NCBI GenBank assembly: GCA_034670145.1
Contig: JAXMOA010000021.1
Span: 6,240 to 70,239 of the forward strand
From: Marinibacterium sp.
GTDB lineage: Bacteria > Pseudomonadota > Alphaproteobacteria > Rhodobacterales > Rhodobacteraceae
DNA length: 64,000 nt
Direction: 5' to 3'
Numbering within the stretch: the first letter of the stretch is position 1; the number at the start of each line of letters is the position of its first letter. A program made the position numbers and the translations under genes. Shown one piece after another: positions 30,378-39,592 of the stretch. The notes below the pieces were generated by a model. The model saw nothing but the letters and a program-made list of their open reading frames with translations, was not told the DNA's origin and did not search any database.

Positions 30378-31262
30378 ATGCTGACGACACAGTCGATCTT
30401 TGATCGCTATCAAGAGGTCCGCGCGCGGCTTCCACATGTAACGGCCCGCGATGACACGCTCGAAATCGGGTCATTGCTGGACATAGCTGATCAGGTCGAA
30501 GCCTTTGTTTTCGATGCATTTGGCGTCTTGAATGTGGGCGACACGATGATCCCCGGCGCAGATACAAGGCTAGACCAATTGCGCGCACGTGGCTGCGCCA
30601 TTCGCATTCTGACCAATGCGGCCAGTTATGACCGCAACGGCGCCATCGCCAAATTCCAGCATCTGGGACTGCGGATCGAGGACGACGAAATCATCACCAG
30701 CCGAGAGGCCGCCCTTCAAAGCCTCGGACAGGGCCACTGGGGCGTGATCGCCGCTGCCTCCGATCCGCTGGGCGATCTCCCCCAAAACGTGACCCGCCTC
30801 CGGGACACGGCCCAGGACTATGACGGTGTGGATCAATTCCTGTTCCTCTCTACCGCAGACTGGACCACCTCGCGACAGAACATGTTGCAAGCCTCCATGC
30901 AGCGCCACCCGCGCCCGCTGCGGATCGCAAACGCAGACCTCGCCGCCCCTCGCGACAATGGTTTTTCCGTCGAACCGGGGCATTTTGGCCATCAAATGGC
31001 CGACCAGTTCCCCAACCACGTTCAGTTCTTCGGAAAACCCTTCCCAGAGGTCTATGATCTTGTCGAAGCGTCGCTGCCACAGATGCCTTTGAACCGGATT
31101 GCGATGTGCGGCGACACGCTGCACACGGATATCCTGGGTGCCGCCGCCCGAGGATGGCGCACCGTTCTGGTGACACAGGATGGTCTGTTTGCAGGCCATG
31201 ACACACAGCCCTTCTCAAAACAGTCCCACCTCTTTGCAGATTGGCGCCTGAAGCGGATCTGA
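30378..31262 (+). CDS. HAD-superfamily hydrolase (subfamily IIA-like)
   Basis: Motif I FVFDAFGVL and C-terminal MCGDTLHTDILGA. Likely start at 30378 after GGGGAAG. Confidence 0.75.
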   Translation: MLTTQSIFDRYQEVRARLPHVTARDDTLEIGSLLDIADQVEAFVFDAFGVLNVGDTMIPGADTRLDQLRARGCAIRILTNAASYDRNGAIAKFQHLGLRIEDDEIITSREAALQSLGQGHWGVIAAASDPLGDLPQNVTRLRDTAQDYDGVDQFLFLSTADWTTSRQNMLQASMQRHPRPLRIANADLAAPRDNGFSVEPGHFGHQMADQFPNHVQFFGKPFPEVYDLVEASLPQMPLNRIAMCGDTLHTDILGAAARGWRTVLVTQDGLFAGHDTQPFSKQSHLFADWRLKRI

Positions 31263-31496
31263 CCTGCCGTGCCTGTGCACCGGATGCGTTTGGGACAACC
31301 GTGTTTCGATTTGGCAACAAATTGGCGTTGCACGTTTCGGGCGATTGAACGACTCAAACAACTGAATTATCCAACACACTCCAATCGGTCCAACGGACCC
31401 AAATCGCGACCTCGAACCAGGAAAGGGTCAAACATGCATCTTTGTCGCCACACCCTTTCGGGGCTGATCGAGACCTAGGCTGAATTCAGCACAGGT

Positions 31497-32690
31497 TTGA
31501 TCCAATTCGCTGGCGCACAGTCGGCGCATCTCCATACGATTATTGGGTACGACCAAATGGGCAATTCTGTCTTGGGTGGTCGCACGCCTGCCATATCCGG
31601 CGGCGGCACCATCACCAAATTCTACACATCCTCCAGCTGGATCGAAGGACGCGCGGAACAACAACTCCAGGAAATCGCCGGCCTGCCCGGTGTGCAAAAA
31701 ACGGCGGCATTCCCTGACCTGCATGCCGGAAGCTTCGGACCGGTTGGTTGCGCCGTTCTCGCAGATCGGATTTTTCCGCAGCTGATCGGCTCTGACATCG
31801 GCTGCGGCATGTCCCTGTTCCAGCTGGATCTGCCCCACCGCAGACTAAAGCTGGAAAAAACGCTGCGCCGCATGCGGGCCTTGGGCGAACCGACATCACA
31901 GGATCACCGTGGGCGCCTCGAGGACGCAGGCCTGCAACCTGACCTTTTCGCCAACTCTCTGGGCACAGTCGGCGGCGGCAATCACTTTTGCGAGGTGCAA
32001 ACCCTGGCTCAGGCCGAGGACCGTCTCGGCTTTGACCGGTCACGCCTGTATCTGCTGGTCCATTCCGGATCACGCGGGTTTGGAAGCGCCATTCTGGGCG
32101 CCATCCCGCAACATGCCTTCACCGGCCTGCCAGCAGATGGCGACCTGGCACAGCACTATCTGCTAGATCATGACCGGGCTGTTCGCTGGGCCAGCCTCAA
32201 CCGCCAAATCATTGCCGAACGCGCAGCCGAGGCTATGCGAACCGACCTGACCCTGTTGGTGGATTCCCCTCACAACCTGCTGGCACAGCACGGCAGCGCC
32301 TGGCTGCATCGCAAAGGCGCTGCCGCTGCGGACCAGGCGCTTGTTCCACTTGCCGGGTCCCGCGCCACGGCCAGCTACCTGATGTCGCCAACCGGCCACC
32401 CAGATGCCCTGAACAGCCTGGCCCATGGTGCCGGACGGCGATATGACAGGTCTTCCATGCATGGCCGCCTGCGCGCCAAACGATCTGATATCGAAGCCAT
32501 GCAGCGTACTCCGTTTGGCGGGCGCATCCTGTGTGAAGATCGCGATCTTCTGATCGAAGAGGCGCCCCTGGCCTACAAATCCTCAAAGGCCGTCGCCAAG
32601 GACCTGACGCAAACCGGCGCTGCCGAATGTGTGGCAGAATTCCATCCGCTCCTGACCTTCAAAAAGACACGCAAAGAGAGGCAGACATGA
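31497..32690 (+). CDS. rtcB: RtcB-family RNA ligase, release-factor-H-coupled type
   Basis: RtcB motifs DLHAG, GGGNHF, HSGSRGFG, AHGAGR. Stop overlaps the prfH start (ATGA 32687-32690). True start is uncertain (31497 or 31557). Confidence 0.85.
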   Translation: MIQFAGAQSAHLHTIIGYDQMGNSVLGGRTPAISGGGTITKFYTSSSWIEGRAEQQLQEIAGLPGVQKTAAFPDLHAGSFGPVGCAVLADRIFPQLIGSDIGCGMSLFQLDLPHRRLKLEKTLRRMRALGEPTSQDHRGRLEDAGLQPDLFANSLGTVGGGNHFCEVQTLAQAEDRLGFDRSRLYLLVHSGSRGFGSAILGAIPQHAFTGLPADGDLAQHYLLDHDRAVRWASLNRQIIAERAAEAMRTDLTLLVDSPHNLLAQHGSAWLHRKGAAAADQALVPLAGSRATASYLMSPTGHPDALNSLAHGAGRRYDRSSMHGRLRAKRSDIEAMQRTPFGGRILCEDRDLLIEEAPLAYKSSKAVAKDLTQTGAAECVAEFHPLLTFKKTRKERQT

Positions 32691-33328
32691 CCGCAACTGA
32701 CCATATCTCGCTCTTTGTCACCAGCGGCAATGGCCCTGCGGAATGTCAGCAGGCCGTTGCCAAAGTGCTGGACGCCATGCGCCAAGCTGCTGAAATCTCC
32801 GCCCTGGATTTTGACTCCAGCGGATCAGCGACCAGACATGGGTTCAAATCCGCCGTCATCGTGATCAGCGGCACCAACGCGCAGGCCTTTGCCAATACCT
32901 GGCGCGGCACTATCCAATGGCGCGCCAAAAGCAGTCTGCGCGCACATCACAAGCGCGCCAATTGGTTCATCGGCATTTTTGACCTTCCCCAGCCTGTGCA
33001 GATGCCCGCGCCGATCCGCGAAACTGATGTTGCCTATGAATCCTTCCGCGCAGGCGGTCCCGGCGGGCAACATCAAAACACCACAGACAGCGCCGTGCGC
33101 GCCACTCATCGGCCCACCGGCCTATCGGCCACCGCTCGCGAAGAACGCTCCCAGCATCGCAATAAATCGCTGGCGCTAAAACGTTTGCATCAGCTGATCA
33201 CAGCCGAGGTCGCAGCAAATGAAGAAGCCCTGAAAGCCCAGCGAAACCACCTGCATCATGCGCTGGAACGCGGCAATCCTGTGCGTTGCTTCAAGGGGCC
33301 AAATTTCCTCGAAGAAAGGCGGGGGTAA
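32687..33328 (+). CDS. prfH: peptide chain release factor H
   Basis: Start at ATG 32687 (MTATDHISLFVTSGNGPAEC...). GGQ motif in FRAGGPGGQHQNTTDSAVRATH. Short RF lacking a codon-recognition domain, which is typical of PrfH. Confidence 0.85.
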   Translation: MTATDHISLFVTSGNGPAECQQAVAKVLDAMRQAAEISALDFDSSGSATRHGFKSAVIVISGTNAQAFANTWRGTIQWRAKSSLRAHHKRANWFIGIFDLPQPVQMPAPIRETDVAYESFRAGGPGGQHQNTTDSAVRATHRPTGLSATAREERSQHRNKSLALKRLHQLITAEVAANEEALKAQRNHLHHALERGNPVRCFKGPNFLEERRG

Positions 33329-33421
33329 AATGGACCTGACACAATGGCCAGAAGCCTCTTCATCCCCGGTCTGACGGCGAATAATCGCGGCCAAACCTGT
33401 CAACAAGCCTGCACCTCGGAA

Positions 33422-33444
33422 GGGGCAGAACACCGTTCTGCCCC
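33422..33444. terminator. 10-bp GC-rich hairpin between convergent prfH and otnI
   Basis: GGGGCAGAAC-acc-GTTCTGCCCC. No clear T-tract on either strand. Confidence 0.35.
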
Positions 33445-33472
33445 GCGCCGGACAACGGCAGCGCCAGACCAG

Positions 33473-34243
33473 TCAGTGGGCCAACAACGTCGACATCCAC
33501 GACAACGACGCATCGGTATCCCCCTGCGGTTTGTACTCAGCCCCCAGCGGCACGTGCCACCCCATGGCCTCAATCTCTGCAAACACGGCGCGATAGTCGG
33601 TGTCGCCATGATCCGGCGCGCCCCTGTCCGGGGTCGAGGCAAACTGGATATGCCCCACCATCGGCAATACCGCTTTCAGCCGCTCAATCACCGCACCCTC
33701 GGTCCGGCCGACATGATAGCAATCGAACATCAGCTTCAGGTTCCCGGCTCCAACAGCCTCAATAATCTCGACGGCCTGCGCGGTATCCGCCAGAAAATAG
33801 CCCGGCGCATCATAGGCGTTCAGGGGCTCGATCAAGAGTATTACATCCTTTTGCGCCGCCCTGCCGCTGGCGTACTTCAGATTTTCAATGAACGTCATCC
33901 GCGCCTCGGGGCCCTCTGCGAACCCGGCCATAACATGAACCTTGCCTGCCTTGATCGCAGCGGCATAATCAATTGCCTCGTCAATCGCTGCGCGCGCCTC
34001 TTGCTCTCGTCCCGGGATCGCGGACAGGCCATTGTCACCCGCGGCGACATCCCCCCGCCGCGTATTGAGGCCCAGCATGTCCAAACCCGTGTCTGCCAGC
34101 GCCACACGCATGTCATCCACCGGGACATCATAAGGCCAATGGCACTCAACCGCGTCGAACCCAGCCGCTTTCGCAGCCCGAATGGCGTCGGGCAAAGGGC
34201 GATCCGTCCACAGGAAACCAAGGTTGGCAGAAAATCGGGTCAT
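33473..34243 (-). CDS. otnI: hydroxypyruvate-isomerase-family protein (2-oxo-tetronate isomerase-like)
   Basis: TIM-barrel Hyi family (MTRFSANLGFLWTDRPLPDAIRAAKAAGFDAVE...). ATG 34243 overlaps the upstream stop (ATGA). Confidence 0.75.
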   Translation of the reverse strand: MTRFSANLGFLWTDRPLPDAIRAAKAAGFDAVECHWPYDVPVDDMRVALADTGLDMLGLNTRRGDVAAGDNGLSAIPGREQEARAAIDEAIDYAAAIKAGKVHVMAGFAEGPEARMTFIENLKYASGRAAQKDVILLIEPLNAYDAPGYFLADTAQAVEIIEAVGAGNLKLMFDCYHVGRTEGAVIERLKAVLPMVGHIQFASTPDRGAPDHGDTDYRAVFAEIEAMGWHVPLGAEYKPQGDTDASLSWMSTLLAH

Positions 34244-34887
34244 AGGTCCCACTCCACGTCAAATTTCGTGACGACCGCCTGAACCTGATCATGCGTCAAA
34301 GCGTTTACATTAACCCCCCTTAACAGCATGGCCAGTCGGGCGGTTTGTTCCAGCTCTTCAATCGCATTGCAGGCCGCCTCCACCGTCTTTCCCGCCACAA
34401 CCGGGCCGTGATTGGCCAGCATGACAGCGCTGCGTTTGCCCGCCAATCCGCGCACAGCCTCCCCCATGGCCGGATCGCCCGGCAAGAAAAAGGGCAACAG
34501 CTTGACCTTGCCCAGCTGCATGATCGCATAGGGTGTCAGCGGCGGCAGAAAGTCATCAACGTCAGCCTCTGGCATCATCGACCAGGCGACAGAGTGACAG
34601 GAATGCAGATGAACAACCGCCCCCGCCGTGCTGCGCGTATCGTAAAACGCCGTGTGCAAGGGCATTTCCTTGGTCGGCTTGTCACCAGAGATCAGATTGC
34701 CATCGCCGTCAAACCGGCTGAGCCGCCCCGGATCAAAACGACCAAAACTGGTGCCCGTCGGAGAAACCAACAGGCCACCGTCTTCGGTCCGGGCCGAGAT
34801 GTTGCCAGTGCTGCCATGGGTCAGGCCCCGCTCAAACAACGATTGCGCCAACAGGCAGATCTGTTCGCGAAGCTTGGTCTCGGTCAT
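34240..34887 (-). CDS. otnC: class II aldolase/adducin-family protein (3-oxo-tetronate 4-phosphate decarboxylase-like)
   Basis: 215 aa with class II aldolase fold motifs (GNISAR..., HLHSCHSVAWS). 4-nt overlaps on both sides. Confidence 0.75.
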   Translation of the reverse strand: MTETKLREQICLLAQSLFERGLTHGSTGNISARTEDGGLLVSPTGTSFGRFDPGRLSRFDGDGNLISGDKPTKEMPLHTAFYDTRSTAGAVVHLHSCHSVAWSMMPEADVDDFLPPLTPYAIMQLGKVKLLPFFLPGDPAMGEAVRGLAGKRSAVMLANHGPVVAGKTVEAACNAIEELEQTARLAMLLRGVNVNALTHDQVQAVVTKFDVEWDL

Positions 34888-36125
34888 GCATCACCTGCCA
34901 AAAGCCTATCAGCCTTTTCAAAGAAATCCTCAGCCCCAAAGTTACCCGATTTCAGCGCAACGACCAAATCAGGGCGGGCGCGCAGGGCCGGAACGCCCGG
35001 ATCAATCTCTGGCCCGATTTCGAGTGTTTTCAACCCCAGCCCCTCAACCACTGCCCCCGAGGTTTCTCCCCCGGCGGTAATCACGCGGGTGGCGCCCAAT
35101 TGCACAACACGCCTGGCCACCTCAGCAAAGAAACCTTCCAGTGCCAGGGACGATACAGAGAGGCCAAATTGCTCCTGCACCTTCTCCACCTCTACCGGAT
35201 CGGCCGAACTATAGGCCAGCGGCACCCCCTCTGCCGTCATCAGCCAATCCGCGACGTCTGCTGGTGCCACGCGGTTTTCGATGACATCTGCGGCGACAAT
35301 CTCGCGCGCAGGATGGCGCTGTGCATGCCAGGCCACCTGCGCACGCGTCGCCACCGAACATGAGCCCGATAGCGCAACCGCCTTGCCTCCCTGCCCGGCC
35401 CATGAGGCATCAGCCTCCTTGCACCCAAAATTGGCAGGCAGGCCCAGCGCCACGCCGGATCCCCCCGTGATCAACGGCAGGCCCTTGGCCGCTTTGCCAA
35501 TCTCACGCAGGTCCTCGTCGCGTATCGCATCCACAACGATGTGACGCAAACCCACCTGGTCTTGTTCCTCCAAAGCCTGCGCAATCCGCCTGGCCCCGGC
35601 AAATACATCCACCGCCGCCACATGCCCGACCCCAAACCGCGTCTGCTGGGCCAGCCACCGGCGAATATCCGCATCCGTCATCGGCGTCAGCGGGTGGTTC
35701 TGCATGCCCGATTCGTTCAACAGACGATCGCTCACAAACAGATGCCCCTGATAGATCGAACGCCCGGTCCCCGGAAAAGCCGGACAAACGATCACCTTAT
35801 GCGCATCCAGCGCTTCCGCCAGCGCATCCGCCACCGGCCCGATATTGCCCTGCGCGGTCGAGTCGAAGGTCGAACAATACTTGAAGAAAAACTGCTCGCA
35901 TCCCTGCCGCTTTAGCCAGTCCAAAGCCGCCAGTGACTGGCGAACCGCCTCGGCCGAGTCAATGGAACGCGACTTCAACGCGACAACACCGGCCTCCACA
36001 TCCGGATCGGCCGCGCCTTCCGGCACCCCGGTGTATTGCACCGTGCGCATGCCGCCCTTGGCCAATGTGTTGGCCAGGTCACTCGACCCGGTAAAATCGT
36101 CTCCAATACATCCCAGCAACATCAT
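34884..36125 (-). CDS. otnK: four-carbon acid-sugar kinase (DUF1537 family; 3-oxo-tetronate kinase-like)
   Basis: N-terminus MMLLGCIGDDFTGSSDLANTLAKGG is typical of DUF1537 kinases. 413 aa. Confidence 0.78.
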   Translation of the reverse strand: MMLLGCIGDDFTGSSDLANTLAKGGMRTVQYTGVPEGAADPDVEAGVVALKSRSIDSAEAVRQSLAALDWLKRQGCEQFFFKYCSTFDSTAQGNIGPVADALAEALDAHKVIVCPAFPGTGRSIYQGHLFVSDRLLNESGMQNHPLTPMTDADIRRWLAQQTRFGVGHVAAVDVFAGARRIAQALEEQDQVGLRHIVVDAIRDEDLREIGKAAKGLPLITGGSGVALGLPANFGCKEADASWAGQGGKAVALSGSCSVATRAQVAWHAQRHPAREIVAADVIENRVAPADVADWLMTAEGVPLAYSSADPVEVEKVQEQFGLSVSSLALEGFFAEVARRVVQLGATRVITAGGETSGAVVEGLGLKTLEIGPEIDPGVPALRARPDLVVALKSGNFGAEDFFEKADRLLAGDA

Positions 36126-37024
36126 GCATCTCCTGGCAAAGTTAGACCCGCATTTCGGGCATAGACTTTGGCGACTGCGGCGTCATCCTCTCCGCCCAGC
36201 CCCATCCCGGCAGCCGCCAGATATTGCTGCATCGCCGCCGCGGTGATCGGCGCGCTGAAACGCGCGGATTTCGCGATGTCCAGCACAATGCCCAGATCCT
36301 TGGGCCAGATGTTCACCTGGCTGTGCGGCGTGTAATCACCCGCCACAATATGCGGCGCACGGTTTTCCAACATCCAGCTTGTGCCGGCACATTGGCTGAT
36401 CACATCAACAAAGGTCTCTGGGGCAACGCCCTGGGTCATCCCAAAGGTCATCGCCTCGGCCATCGCGGCAATATGCACCCCGGCCAAGAGCTGGTTAACA
36501 GCCTTCATCGCAGACCCGGCCCCAGCCGCCTTGCCCAATTCAAATACAGTCTCGGCCGCCGCATCCAGGACGGGGCGGGCAGCCTCAAACGCGTCTGCCG
36601 TGCCAGAGGCCATGATCGACAACTGACCAGATGCGGCCTTGACTGAGCCCCCCGAAATCGGAGCGTCCAGATAATGCACCCCCTTTGCATTGCAACGCGC
36701 CTCCATCTCCTTGGCAAACTCGGGCGGAACGGTTGCACAGGCGATCACCACAGCCCCTGCGCGCAAATCCGCAACCACCCCCTCATCGCCAAACAGAACC
36801 TGCTCTGTCTGGGCCGCGTTCAGAACGACGATCACGGCAGCATCCAATGACCCCGCAATCTCCGCCAGCGCACCCGGCGCCCCACCTTCTGCACAAAACC
36901 GCTCTCTCTGCGCCGCAACGACATCAAAGCCATAGGTCACATGCCCCGCCCGCAGGCAGGACTGCGCGATCCCATAGCCCATCGACCCAAGGCCAATGAC
37001 CGCCGTTTTGATTGTTTCAGCCAT
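36122..37024 (-). CDS. NAD-dependent 3-hydroxyisobutyrate-dehydrogenase-family enzyme (L-threonate or D-erythronate 2-dehydrogenase-like)
   Basis: Rossmann N-terminus TAVIGLGSMGYGIA. First gene of the four-gene operon. Confidence 0.75.
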   Translation of the reverse strand: MAETIKTAVIGLGSMGYGIAQSCLRAGHVTYGFDVVAAQRERFCAEGGAPGALAEIAGSLDAAVIVVLNAAQTEQVLFGDEGVVADLRAGAVVIACATVPPEFAKEMEARCNAKGVHYLDAPISGGSVKAASGQLSIMASGTADAFEAARPVLDAAAETVFELGKAAGAGSAMKAVNQLLAGVHIAAMAEAMTFGMTQGVAPETFVDVISQCAGTSWMLENRAPHIVAGDYTPHSQVNIWPKDLGIVLDIAKSARFSAPITAAAMQQYLAAAGMGLGGEDDAAVAKVYARNAGLTLPGDA

Positions 37025-37049
37025 ATCGCAGACCTCCCCAGAGTGTTTC

Positions 37050-37091
37050 TTGACAACTGATACCGATACCGGTACCGATACCAGCTGTCAA
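37050..37091. promoter_or_regulatory. symmetric 42-bp element, candidate LacI-family operator
   Basis: TTGACAACTG ... CAGCTGTCAA (9/10 inverted repeat) flanks four tandem hexamers GATACC-GATACC-GGTACC-GATACC centred on the palindrome TACCGGTA. Lies between the divergent dehydrogenase and LacI genes. Confidence 0.5.
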
Positions 37092-37132
37092 TTGCCACGC
37101 CACCCGACCGGCCGAATTGCCTCAGAACAGAT

Positions 37133-38182
37133 GTGGCGCTACGCAGGACACAAAGCAAAACGAGGGCCCGGCACATTTTGGACGAAAAGAACCGAGTCAC
37201 TCTGGCTGATGTCGCCAACACAGCTGGTGTCAGTAAAATGACCGCATCCCGGGCGCTGCGCGGGGCCCGTGACGTGTCTCCAAAAAACGTTGAAAAGGTC
37301 CGGCAAGCGGCAAAAGATATCGGCTATGTCGGAAACCACCTGGCCTCTTCCTTGTCGGGCCAACGATCCGACCTGATCGGCGTGATCGTTCCCAGCATGG
37401 CGAATATTGTATTCGCAGAGGTCCTGGCAGGCATTGCCGACGGCATCGAAGGCAGCGGCCTGCAACCTGTCTTTGGCGTCACCGACTACGACACGGAAAA
37501 GGAATACCTGGCCGTTCGCAACATGCTGTCCTGGTCCCCCGCCGGCCTGATTGTCACCGGGCTCGACCAACGCGAAGACACCCGCCGGCTGCTCGAAAAC
37601 GCCGGTGTACCCATCGTCCAGATCATGGATGTGGACGGACCCCCAGTGGATGCCTGCGTCGGACTATCCCACTCCTCTGCTGGCCAAGCCATGGCCGAGG
37701 CGCTTTTGCAGTCGGGGCGCAAACGCTTCGGCTATATTGGCTGCGACCTGAACAGAGACGTCCGGGCACAGAAAAGACTGCAAGGTTTCGAAACCGCCCT
37801 GGCGAAACACGGTCTTGCCCTTTGCGCCACGCAGATCAGCGAAGGGGCTTCGACAACCACAATCGGACGCGACCAGACCGCCCAGATCCTCTCGGACACC
37901 CCTGACCTGGATTGCATCTATTATTCCAACGACGATCTGGCCGCCGGGGGCGCCTTCCACTGCATTTCTCACGGGATAACCGTTCCAGAACAGCTCACCC
38001 TTGCCGGTTTCAACGGGCTCGACATCGTCAAAAGCCTGCCGGTCGCGGTCGCCACCTCCCACACCCCCCGCAGAGAGATCGGAAAGACCGCAATCGAATT
38101 CATCACCGGCATAGCAGCAGGCCACAAAGAACCAGCAAACCGCATTGTCGCCTACACACCCCGCATCTCCTTCGGCGCCTAA
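37133..38182 (+). CDS. LacI-family transcriptional regulator
   Basis: HTH VTLADVANTAGVSKMTASRALRG plus a periplasmic-binding-protein-like core. Start may be the TTG at 37178. Confidence 0.88.
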   Translation: MALRRTQSKTRARHILDEKNRVTLADVANTAGVSKMTASRALRGARDVSPKNVEKVRQAAKDIGYVGNHLASSLSGQRSDLIGVIVPSMANIVFAEVLAGIADGIEGSGLQPVFGVTDYDTEKEYLAVRNMLSWSPAGLIVTGLDQREDTRRLLENAGVPIVQIMDVDGPPVDACVGLSHSSAGQAMAEALLQSGRKRFGYIGCDLNRDVRAQKRLQGFETALAKHGLALCATQISEGASTTTIGRDQTAQILSDTPDLDCIYYSNDDLAAGGAFHCISHGITVPEQLTLAGFNGLDIVKSLPVAVATSHTPRREIGKTAIEFITGIAAGHKEPANRIVAYTPRISFGA

Positions 38183-38423
38183 GCCACCCCGCGTCCACTC
38201 CCTCTTTTCCCCAACTTTGAAAAACGAGCGCGATGGTCAAGGTGAAAACTGGCTGACTTCGGACAGCGTCATTTCTTGATGACCCAGTCAACAAGCCTTC
38301 TGAGCAAAGAGTCCGCTCCAAAATCTGTCAAATTTGATGCGAGATGCGTTCTTACCTGACAAAAGTTGCATCTCTAACCGGACAAGTCGCGATTCATACC
38401 GGACGATACAATAGGTAAGTGTG

Positions 38424-38498
38424 TGGCTGGGGTGGTAGGATTCGAACCTACGGTACACGCTACCAAAAAGCGTTGCCTTACCACTTGGCTACACCCCA
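38424..38498 (-). tRNA. tRNA-Gln (anticodon UUG), CCA encoded
   Basis: Reverse complement reads TGGGGTGTAGCCAAGTGGTAAGGCAACGCTTTTTGGTAGCGTGTACCGTAGGTTCGAATCCTACCACCCCAGCCA. The cloverleaf folds by hand (acceptor TGGGGTG/CACCCCA, anticodon stem ACGCT/AGCGT, loop TTTTGGT, T-arm GTAGG-TTCGAAT-CCTAC). Closely resembles E. coli tRNA-Gln. Confidence 0.9.
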
Positions 38499-38510
38499 AC
38501 GGTGAGCGGC

Positions 38511-38539
38511 TGAATACTGCGCTTGGCTGCGGGGTTCAA
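38511..38539 (-). promoter_or_regulatory. candidate sigma-70-type promoter of tRNA-Gln
   Basis: On the minus strand: TTGAAC, 17 nt, TATTCA, ending 12 nt upstream of the mature tRNA 5' end. Confidence 0.4.
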
Positions 38540-38674
38540 GACGTTTGTAGCAATTTGTTTGCATCTTTTTTCACGCCCCCCAAAACGATCCATGCGCCCG
38601 CTCTGCCCTGACGTTTCTACTGCATGCCGAACGATCCCCTGCTAGCATTTTTGCACGATCAGGGAGGATCACAC

Positions 38675-39592
38675 ATGGATTCACTGCGCACACCCGACGA
38701 CCGATTCGAAGGCCTTGCAGATTTCGACTTCGCCCCCAACTACCTGACCATCGACGACACCCAAGGTGGCACACTGCGCGTCCATTACCTCGACGAAGGG
38801 CCCGGCGCCGCCGACCCGGTGCTGCTGATGCACGGCGAACCCACCTGGTGCTACCTGTACCGTCACATGATCCCCGCCTTCACCCAGGCCGGCCACCGCG
38901 TCATCGCACCCGATCTGGTGGGGTTCGGACGCTCTGACAAACCGACCCAACGTCAGGACTATACCTATCAACGGCATGTCGACTGGATGACATCGGTCCT
39001 GCAGCAACTGGATCTGACCGGCATCACACTGGTCTGTCAGGATTGGGGTGGGCTGATCGGACTGCGGCTCTGGGCCGAAATGCCCGACCGCTTTGCCCGG
39101 GTCGTCATTGCCAACACCGCCCTGCCAACCGGCGATCACCCAATGAACCCGGCATTCATGTCCTGGCGCGACTTCAGCCAAACCGCCGATCCCTTCCCAA
39201 CAGGCAAGATCGTCTATGGCGGGACCGCCAAGAAGATCTCCCAGGCCGAGGTCGACGCCTATAACGCCCCCTTCCCCGATGACCGCTACCTGGCCGGGGC
39301 CCGCCAATTCCCCATGCTGGTGCCAATCACCCCCGACGATCCGGCCACAGGACCCAATCGGGCAGCCTGGCAAGTGCTCACCACGCTCGACACACCAGTG
39401 CTGACGGCCTTTGGCGCCGAAGACAAGGTTATGGCCGGCGTTGAAAAGATCTTTCAGAAACAGCTGCCCGGCGCACAGGGACAACCCCATGTCATCCTGC
39501 CCGAAGCCGGGCATTTCCTACAGGAGGACGTGGGACCAGAGCTTGCCGCGCTGACAAATGATTTCATCGCACGCACCCGCTCAAATCCCTGA
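38675..39592 (+). CDS. haloalkane dehalogenase (HLD-I/DhlA-like alpha/beta hydrolase)
   Basis: HGEPTWCYLYRHMIP and nucleophile elbow CQDWGG. ATG 38675 is preceded by GGGAGGA. Confidence 0.8.
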   Translation: MDSLRTPDDRFEGLADFDFAPNYLTIDDTQGGTLRVHYLDEGPGAADPVLLMHGEPTWCYLYRHMIPAFTQAGHRVIAPDLVGFGRSDKPTQRQDYTYQRHVDWMTSVLQQLDLTGITLVCQDWGGLIGLRLWAEMPDRFARVVIANTALPTGDHPMNPAFMSWRDFSQTADPFPTGKIVYGGTAKKISQAEVDAYNAPFPDDRYLAGARQFPMLVPITPDDPATGPNRAAWQVLTTLDTPVLTAFGAEDKVMAGVEKIFQKQLPGAQGQPHVILPEAGHFLQEDVGPELAALTNDFIARTRSNP

